A model generated the notes under the pieces. It was not told the origin of the DNA. It saw nothing but the letters and a program-made list of their open reading frames with translations, and searched no databases. A DNA stretch of 20,000 nucleotides from an uncultured virus (IMG/VR IMGVR_UViG_3300017746_000005) (Duplodnaviria > Heunggongvirae > Uroviricota > Caudoviricetes): positions 54,074 through 74,073 of the IMG/VR virus record IMGVR_UViG_3300017746_000005; one strand, 5' to 3'. The translations under genes and the position numbers were made by a program. This document shows positions 1-6,132 of this stretch, one piece after another (position 1 is the first letter of the stretch; each line of letters begins with the position of its first letter).

Positions 1-1
1 T

Positions 2-274
2 CCACATATTCATTCTGGAGCTCAATGGAGTTTTGTAATTTATGTGGATGTTGAGGAATCTAAGACTGTTTTTCTTTCCCCAAGTAGACATAATCAAATG
101 AATCAATGGGGATATCTAGGTCATGCTTTTCCTATAGAGTATATGCCAAAAGTTTCTTCTGAAAATATTATAATTTTCCCGTCATTCATTGAACATTTTG
201 TTCCCCCTGGGAATGAAGGCATAACTATATCAGGTAACATTTATTATGATCAGCCTCCAGGAGGACCAGTATGA
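2..274 (+). CDS. Putative 2OG-Fe(II) oxygenase (TIGR02466-like), 5'-truncated by the window edge
   Basis: The frame of ORF 44..274 is open back to base 2 and reads PHIHSGAQWSFVIYVDV... (HxH iron-ligand motif), then IIFPSFIEHFV...ITISGN, the typical C-terminal strand motif. The GTG at 44 is therefore probably internal. Confidence 0.75.
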   Translation, partial: PHIHSGAQWSFVIYVDVEESKTVFLSPSRHNQMNQWGYLGHAFPIEYMPKVSSENIIIFPSFIEHFVPPGNEGITISGNIYYDQPPGGPV

Positions 275-1389
275 AACAAGTTGGACTTAATCTTTCCCAT
301 GATTCCTCACTCTGTATTGTCGATCAAGGAGAAACAGAGATATTCATTGAAGAAGAGAGATATTCCAGAATCAAACATGATGGAGACCCATTTCATGTAT
401 TGGACAAACATTTTAGGGGAATAGATTCTGAAGATTATTCCAATACATACAATCTTGGAATGACTGGACTTTTAGATGAGGATCCTAAAGGAGGAAACGC
501 TCTACAAATTGCTTCAGAGACAGTCAATAGAACACTCTCTAAGATACTAACTTATAAAGATTTTGATAAGTGGTGTGCTCATAGTCATAAGCACGCACAA
601 AATGTAATATATAACGAGCATCATCTTTTACATGCTTATTCTGGATTCTATAATTCTGGATTTGATGATGCAGCGATTGTAGTAGTTGATGCTATGGGAA
701 ATACACTAAGGAATAATGATAGATATGTAGAAGTTGCTACTACTTTCATTGGTGGTTATCCAAATATAATGGTTCCAATTGTTGGAATGTCTACACCAAC
801 TTACATGGCTTGTGATTCTGCAGAACATAAAGGTGGATGGAACTGCGGAATCGGTATGGCATATTCTGCGGTATCGTCTTATCTTGGTTTTGGTGGACTT
901 GGGGCTGGAAAAGTAATGGGTCTTGCTCCATACGGTAAAGAAGATCCCAATATTAAATCTTTCATTTTAGATGATGGATATACTGTAGACTCGAATTTAT
1001 TTTACAGAACCAGATTTGGTGCAAACTTTATTCCATATGATTATCTCCCTCCTCATGTAGAAGCAGTAAACATAGAAAAACATTTCCAAAAACTTGCAAA
1101 TCTTGCTTGGAGACTTCAAGAAGATTTTCAGACTCATATGTTATTTCTTCTCACCGATGCACTTGAAAGAACAAATATGCGAAATCTTGTTCTTACTGGT
1201 GGATGCGCTCTAAATTGTGTTGCAAATTATTGGTACTTAGACAAGTTACCAAAAGATGTCAAACTATATGTAGAACCTATTAGTAATGATGCTGGAGTTT
1301 CTTTGGGACTTGCAAAATATTTGTATTACACTGAAACTGAATCATACAAAAAACATCCTCTCAAAAATTTGTATTTAGGTCCAAAATGA
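271..1389 (+). CDS. Carbamoyltransferase (CmcH/NodU/TobZ family), N-terminal Kae1-like domain only, copy 1
   Basis: Motifs SHDSS, EEERYSRIKHD, EHHLLHAYSGF, VVVDAMG, GKVMGLAPYG, GGCALNCVAN, NDAGVSLG. It ends at YLGPK, the inter-domain linker of full-length enzymes. ATGA overlap with the upstream gene. Confidence 0.9.
   Translation: MKQVGLNLSHDSSLCIVDQGETEIFIEEERYSRIKHDGDPFHVLDKHFRGIDSEDYSNTYNLGMTGLLDEDPKGGNALQIASETVNRTLSKILTYKDFDKWCAHSHKHAQNVIYNEHHLLHAYSGFYNSGFDDAAIVVVDAMGNTLRNNDRYVEVATTFIGGYPNIMVPIVGMSTPTYMACDSAEHKGGWNCGIGMAYSAVSSYLGFGGLGAGKVMGLAPYGKEDPNIKSFILDDGYTVDSNLFYRTRFGANFIPYDYLPPHVEAVNIEKHFQKLANLAWRLQEDFQTHMLFLLTDALERTNMRNLVLTGGCALNCVANYWYLDKLPKDVKLYVEPISNDAGVSLGLAKYLYYTETESYKKHPLKNLYLGPK
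642..673 (+). repeat. 32-nt exact direct repeat shared by the two carbamoyltransferase paralogues (second copy 1769..1800)
   Basis: tggattctataattctggatttgatgatgcag occurs at 642..673 and 1769..1800 (offset 1127). Confidence 0.9.
886..963 (+). repeat. 78-nt near-identical direct repeat between the paralogues (second copy 2013..2090)
   Basis: Manual alignment gives 75/78 identity at offset 1127. The three differences change codons AAA>ATA, CCA>TCA and AAA>AGA. Confidence 0.85.
1102..1143 (+). repeat. 42-nt near-identical direct repeat between the paralogues (second copy 2226..2267)
   Basis: cttgcttggagacttca(a/g)gaagattttcagactcatatgtta, 41/42 identical. Confidence 0.85.
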
Positions 1390-2513
1390 AATTGAAAAAA
1401 CAAGTAGGATTTCACTTATCCCATAACTCCTCAGTATCAGTTCTTTCTGAAGATGGGGACATTGAACTTTTCCTGGAAGAAGAAAGATTGTCTAGATTAA
1501 AATATGATAACGATCCATTTCATGCATGTAACATGGTTCTTGGTGGACTTACCATGGATGAGATTGAAAAATATGAAGTAGCAACATCTGCATTAATATC
1601 TAAAGACAAGCTGGGAGTAAGTACATTAGATCGTAGTAGTGATATGTTAATAATGTATGTTTCTAAATCATTAAAACTTCTACCACATGAACAAAACTCT
1701 TTTAAGTATGAAATAGTCAAAGAAAAATTTGAAAAGTTTTTTGATCATCACTTATTTCATGCTTATTGTGGATTCTATAATTCTGGATTTGATGATGCAG
1801 TTGTAGTTGTGGTTGATGGTATGGGAAACTTCCTTACTCCTGCAGAAGATAGGCATGAGGTTGTTTCCATATTCGATGCATCTTATCCATGTAATATGAA
1901 TTCTTTAGGAGGGATGTCTACACCCTCTTATGATAGTTGTGATGAATCTGAACATAAAGGTGAGTGGACATGTGGAATTGGTATGGTGTACTCCGCAGTA
2001 TCCTCATATATGGGTTTTGGTGGACTTGGGGCTGGAATAGTAATGGGTCTTGCTTCATACGGTAAAGAAGATCCCAATATTAGATCTTTCCTTTCTGATG
2101 GATTTAATGTAGATTCAAATCTTTTTTATAGGTCTAAGTATGGATGTAATTTTATTCCATATGATTACTTACCTCATCATAGAGAAGCTGAAAATACTGA
2201 GAATCACTTTGAAAAATTAGCTAACCTTGCTTGGAGACTTCAGGAAGATTTTCAGACTCATATGTTAAAAATTTTATTGGACGCTCTTGCAATATCGAAA
2301 CGTAAAAATATTATTTTAACTGGTGGATGTGCATTAAACTGTTCTGCAAATTATTGGTATTTGGATAAGTTGCCAAAAGATGTTAAACTATATGTGGAAC
2401 CTATTAGTAGTGATGCTGGAATTAGTATTGGAGTATCTAAAGCTCAATATTATTCCAAAACTGGTTCCATGAAAAAATATCCACTTAAAAACTTATACTT
2501 AGGACCCGAATGA
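1386..2513 (+). CDS. Carbamoyltransferase (CmcH/NodU/TobZ family), N-terminal Kae1-like domain only, copy 2
   Basis: Motifs SHNSS, EEERLSRLKYD, DHHLFHAYCGF, VVVDGMG, GIVMGLASYG, GGCALNCSAN, SDAGISIG. Ends at YLGPE. Clear paralogue of 271..1389, with ATGA overlap. Confidence 0.9.
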   Translation: MKLKKQVGFHLSHNSSVSVLSEDGDIELFLEEERLSRLKYDNDPFHACNMVLGGLTMDEIEKYEVATSALISKDKLGVSTLDRSSDMLIMYVSKSLKLLPHEQNSFKYEIVKEKFEKFFDHHLFHAYCGFYNSGFDDAVVVVVDGMGNFLTPAEDRHEVVSIFDASYPCNMNSLGGMSTPSYDSCDESEHKGEWTCGIGMVYSAVSSYMGFGGLGAGIVMGLASYGKEDPNIRSFLSDGFNVDSNLFYRSKYGCNFIPYDYLPHHREAENTENHFEKLANLAWRLQEDFQTHMLKILLDALAISKRKNIILTGGCALNCSANYWYLDKLPKDVKLYVEPISSDAGISIGVSKAQYYSKTGSMKKYPLKNLYLGPE

Positions 2514-2836
2514 GATATAATGTAGATATAGACGGCACTATCTGTATTCCTGGAAAAGGAGAAGGCAGATATACTGAAGCTGTACCTATCCCAGAAAGGA
2601 TCTCTAAAATAAATGATCTATATATTAAAGGACATCAGATAATCTACCATACCGCTAGAGGTATGGGTACATTTAATAATGATCGAGAACAAGCTAAGGA
2701 AAAGTATTACGACTTCACTCACAAACAACTGTTAGAATGGGGATGTATGTTTCACGATCTTTTCTTAGGAAAACCTTCAGCTGACTATTACATTGACGAC
2801 AAGGGAGTAAGTGCCGATGAATTCTTCGATACCTAG
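2510..2836 (+). CDS. Small capless HAD-superfamily phosphatase (capsule/sugar biosynthesis-associated type)
   Basis: HAD motif I DIDGT, motif II HTARG, motif III GKP, motif IV YIDDK. 108 aa. Confidence 0.85.
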   Translation: MRYNVDIDGTICIPGKGEGRYTEAVPIPERISKINDLYIKGHQIIYHTARGMGTFNNDREQAKEKYYDFTHKQLLEWGCMFHDLFLGKPSADYYIDDKGVSADEFFDT

Positions 2837-3191
2837 AGCAGCAGAACCAATTAAGTTCGTGTCCAAAGGATGGGGATATGAAAAATGGATAGTTAACTCA
2901 GAACAATATTGTGGCAAACTCCTTTTCATTGCAAAAGGAAAACAATGTTCTTGGCACTTTCATAAAAAGAAAGACGAAGTTTTCTATGTTCAAAGTGGAA
3001 AAATTAAAATCTACTATGGGTGGGATGACAATATTGAAGTCGCTAATGTATCTGTACTAGAAACTGGAGATAAGTTTCATGTTCCTATTGGAATGAAACA
3101 TAGAATGTATGGTCTTTCCGATACTGAATTATTTGAATTTAGTACAGAACATTTTGATGAAGATAGTAATAGAATTGAATCTGGAGATTGA
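2817..3191 (+). CDS. Cupin-domain protein, mannose-6-phosphate isomerase-like / sugar isomerase
   Basis: KGWGYEKWI...YCGKLL...CSWHFHKKKDEVFYVQSG...GMKHRM...FEFST cupin motifs. ATG 2817 is preferred over GTG 2811 because GGAG at 2804-2807 gives better RBS spacing. Confidence 0.8.
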   Translation: MNSSIPRAAEPIKFVSKGWGYEKWIVNSEQYCGKLLFIAKGKQCSWHFHKKKDEVFYVQSGKIKIYYGWDDNIEVANVSVLETGDKFHVPIGMKHRMYGLSDTELFEFSTEHFDEDSNRIESGD

Positions 3192-3796
3192 TGAGAGCTG
3201 AAAAAATAACAGATCTAATTGTGGTTTTGAAAAATCACATCCCAGACAAAACCTGTGATGAAATATTGGAATGGTTTAAATCGAACAAACATCTTCAAAG
3301 TGATGGGTGCGTTTATAGCACAAAAAACGGAAAAAACATTGGACCTAGTGTTAAAAAAGATTTTAAAAATGCTATTCAGACTCTAGTCCCTCCAGAAGCA
3401 CCTATCTCAGACAAGATGACAGAGATCACTATGTCTGCTTTTAGGGAAGCAGGTTCTAGATATCCAGTTCCAGAAGATAGCATGACTCTAAATGATTATT
3501 GCGTTAGGGTATATCCCAAGAACGAAGGAATATTTAAGACTCATGTGGACCAACATGCATTTGGTACAGTAAGTAGAATATTTGCTTGCATTATGTATCT
3601 CAATGATGTTGAGGAAGGTGGAGAAACAGAATTTCCAGATTGGAATATAGCAGTAAGACCAGAGAAGGGGAAAGTACTATTATTTCCATGCAATTATTTG
3701 TTCAAACATAAAGGAAATGCTCCCATTTCCGAAGAAAAATATATCGCTACAAATTTTATTAACTTTATGGTGCAAGATATTCCTCTAACGTCTTGA
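3191..3796 (+). CDS. 2OG-Fe(II) oxygenase, prolyl 4-hydroxylase-like
   Basis: HVD iron motif (FKTHVDQ), YLNDVEEGGETEFP, GKVLLFP...FKHKG...KYI. ATG 3191 overlaps the cupin stop (TGATG). Confidence 0.9.
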   Translation: MRAEKITDLIVVLKNHIPDKTCDEILEWFKSNKHLQSDGCVYSTKNGKNIGPSVKKDFKNAIQTLVPPEAPISDKMTEITMSAFREAGSRYPVPEDSMTLNDYCVRVYPKNEGIFKTHVDQHAFGTVSRIFACIMYLNDVEEGGETEFPDWNIAVRPEKGKVLLFPCNYLFKHKGNAPISEEKYIATNFINFMVQDIPLTS

Positions 3797-4568
3797 GTCT
3801 ATAGTTTAACCATTTCATATCTGCACAGGTATAATCTTGATACTTACCTTTTAGGTGATCTGGGAAAGGAATCATTTCGATTTCTCCCCCTTCTTTTTTA
3901 GCAACTAACTCTGCAACTCTCTGGAATGACATTGGTTTGCCAGTTCCAATATCATAGATTCCACTGGGAGCGTCATTATTCATGACAATATTGACTATAT
4001 CATCTACACATACAAAGTCCCTATAAAAATTATCCGATCCTTCAAACAATTTAAGTTTCCCAGTCTCTTTGATCTGTTTGGTAAACTTTGAGACTGGACT
4101 TGCTTGGTCTCCCTTATGATCTTCTCCAGTTCCGTATACATTAAAATATCTAAATCCTTGGATACTTTCAAACCGATCTATATTGTCCAATACGTAATAA
4201 TCTATGATTAGTTTTGAAATTGCATATTGATTCAGTGGATTGATCTTCCTACATTCTCTTGTTTGATTACCATACACAGATGCCGAGGATGCATACTTTA
4301 TAGGAATTTTATGTTCAATTGCATGTGAAAATAGGTGAGCAGTAAAAGATTGATTGTAATGTGCAATCTTTACCCAGTTTTTTTCTGTTGTAGATGAGAT
4401 TGCTCCATTATGAATTATTAAGTCTACATTTTCCCATCCATTAAATTTGGACAGAAATTTCCATGCGTTATCGACATCAATTCCAATAACATCATGTTCT
4501 CCTTCAGTTTCAAAATAGTTTTGAAAGTGAGATCCAATAAACCCTTTATATCCAGTAATTAAAATCAT
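3765..4568 (-). CDS. hldD: ADP-L-glycero-D-manno-heptose 6-epimerase-like NAD(P)-dependent epimerase (HldD/RfaD/GmhD)
   Basis: TGYKGFIGS Rossmann motif, HNGAISSTTE, YASSASVYG, PLNQYAISK (YxxxK), GFRYFNVYG...HKG..AS, RDFVCVDD and GKYQDYTCAD, all matching HldD-type signatures. Confidence 0.85.
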   Translation of the reverse strand: MILITGYKGFIGSHFQNYFETEGEHDVIGIDVDNAWKFLSKFNGWENVDLIIHNGAISSTTEKNWVKIAHYNQSFTAHLFSHAIEHKIPIKYASSASVYGNQTRECRKINPLNQYAISKLIIDYYVLDNIDRFESIQGFRYFNVYGTGEDHKGDQASPVSKFTKQIKETGKLKLFEGSDNFYRDFVCVDDIVNIVMNNDAPSGIYDIGTGKPMSFQRVAELVAKKEGGEIEMIPFPDHLKGKYQDYTCADMKWLNYRLKTLEEYLAP

Positions 4569-5275
4569 CAGTATACTATCGTTGGAATAGGTAGAAATAT
4601 TGATTGAGCGAGTCTATACACCTGTTGATCAAAGTGACCTGGATGTTGATATACACCATGAAGAAAATTATCTGGATATACAATCAATCTATTGTATTTC
4701 ATTTCTGCTAAGTGAACAAGTTCCCAAGGACCAACACTATCTCTTACGGTGTCCTCTTTCCAGATTCCAGATTGGTATACATCAACACAACTCATTCCCT
4801 TATAAGTATAAAATCCAGTGCCACCATGACATTCTTCTGGCGTGTTTAAATAAATTACACCTGCCCAACCCCTAACTAAATTTTTACTATCTATAGGAGA
4901 ATCTACGTGTGGAATAAGTGCTTGATCTGATGCAGTTACATTTACCGAGAATGTAAGTTGTTTGCATCCACAGATAAATCGTTCTTCTTCCTCTTTTGTC
5001 AATCCATAAACTGATTTGGCTATGTCAGTCCAGATTGGAACTAAATGATCAAGATCAAAATTTGCACTAACTCTACCACCTGGCACTCCTCCACAAATTC
5101 TTCTATTTAAAGTTGGAGGGATTCTTAGAGCCAAATCTCTAACTTGATCGGGATTTTTATAAAAATTATCGATGTATACGATTGGTTTTTCTTCCCATCC
5201 CATTAACTCTACTCTTGCATCCAATTCATCATTGACTGCAAACGTTTCGATTTCATTTATTAAGTACTTTTCCAT
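4568..5275 (-). CDS. DUF6445-like protein, probable 2OG-Fe(II) oxygenase fold
   Basis: IDNFYKNPDQVR...PHVD...GVIYLN...GGTGFY...KYNRLIVYP..FLHG...RLAQ (HxD...H triad). Its stop overlaps the hldD start (TGATG on the minus strand). Confidence 0.7.
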   Translation of the reverse strand: MEKYLINEIETFAVNDELDARVELMGWEEKPIVYIDNFYKNPDQVRDLALRIPPTLNRRICGGVPGGRVSANFDLDHLVPIWTDIAKSVYGLTKEEEERFICGCKQLTFSVNVTASDQALIPHVDSPIDSKNLVRGWAGVIYLNTPEECHGGTGFYTYKGMSCVDVYQSGIWKEDTVRDSVGPWELVHLAEMKYNRLIVYPDNFLHGVYQHPGHFDQQVYRLAQSIFLPIPTIVY

Positions 5276-5279
5276 GAGA

Positions 5280-5287
5280 TATAAATA
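5280..5287 (+). promoter_or_regulatory. T4-type late promoter (gp55-dependent) upstream of g13
   Basis: Perfect TATAAATA in the 38-nt divergent intergenic region. Confidence 0.8.
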
Positions 5288-5313
5288 TGTTGAGAACCCT
5301 ATGATTATTAGGA

Positions 5314-6132
5314 ATGGCTAAGCCCTCCAGTAGAGAAGCATTGAAGCAGTATTGCCTCAGGAAACTCGGAAAGCCAGTATTGGAAGTCAATGTCGATGAT
5401 GATCAAATCGAAGACTTGATAGACGATGCACTCCAATTATATCATGAAAGACATGGTGAGGGAATAGATAGAGTATTTTTAAAACATAAGTTGACCGAGG
5501 CAGAAAGAACTGCTATGGTTGGAATTGCTCAAACAACAACTGTTACTGATACTTTTGGCGGGATTTCTTCTGCAGATTATACAGAACAAGCTAACTACCT
5601 TCCATTACCAGACACTATTATTGGAGTCAATAAGATATTTAAAATGGACTCATCCACCTTATCGGCGGGGATGTTCAATATAAAATATCAACTCTTCCTT
5701 AATGATTTATACTACTACGGCGCAATAGATTTATTGAACTATAGTCAAACAAAATCATACTTGGAGACTATAGATTTTCTTCTTAATCCAGAAGTCCAAA
5801 TAAGATTTAACAAAAAGAACAGTAGATTATACATGGATATAAATCTAAAAGAACTCACAGAAGATCATTTTCTAATATTAGATTGTTATAGAGTTGTAGA
5901 TCCAGAAAGTGAAACTGCTGTATATAATGATCTATGGATTAAGAGGTATACAACATCTCTAATTAAAAGACAATGGGGACAAAACCTAATTAAGTTCCAA
6001 GGAGTTAAGCTTCCTGGTGGACTTGAGATGAACGGTAGACAACTATTTGATGACGCTCAACGAGAATTAGAAGATCATGAACAAAAGTTGATAACTGAAT
6101 ATGCCATGCCACCCCTAGATATGATAGGATAA
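5314..6132 (+). CDS. g13: Neck protein gp13 (head-tail adaptor)
   Basis: MAKPSSRE.LKQYCLRKLGKPVLEVNVDDDQIEDLIDDALQ...KRQWGQNLIKFQGVKLPGG..MNG...PPLDMIG, plus synteny. Confidence 0.95.
   Translation: MAKPSSREALKQYCLRKLGKPVLEVNVDDDQIEDLIDDALQLYHERHGEGIDRVFLKHKLTEAERTAMVGIAQTTTVTDTFGGISSADYTEQANYLPLPDTIIGVNKIFKMDSSTLSAGMFNIKYQLFLNDLYYYGAIDLLNYSQTKSYLETIDFLLNPEVQIRFNKKNSRLYMDINLKELTEDHFLILDCYRVVDPESETAVYNDLWIKRYTTSLIKRQWGQNLIKFQGVKLPGGLEMNGRQLFDDAQRELEDHEQKLITEYAMPPLDMIG

Noticed and set aside
44..274. ORF-track start at GTG 44 (76-aa protein)
   Set aside because: The frame is open to the window edge and the HxH motif lies upstream of base 44, so the gene is 5'-truncated rather than 76 aa long.
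1380..1400. Frameshifted single carbamoyltransferase or pseudogene
   Set aside because: The downstream ORF is a second N-terminal domain, not the missing C-terminal domain, and both copies end at the same motif with coupled starts.
4600..4875. 91-aa plus-strand ORF
   Set aside because: Antisense shadow of the DUF6445-like gene with no recognisable motif.
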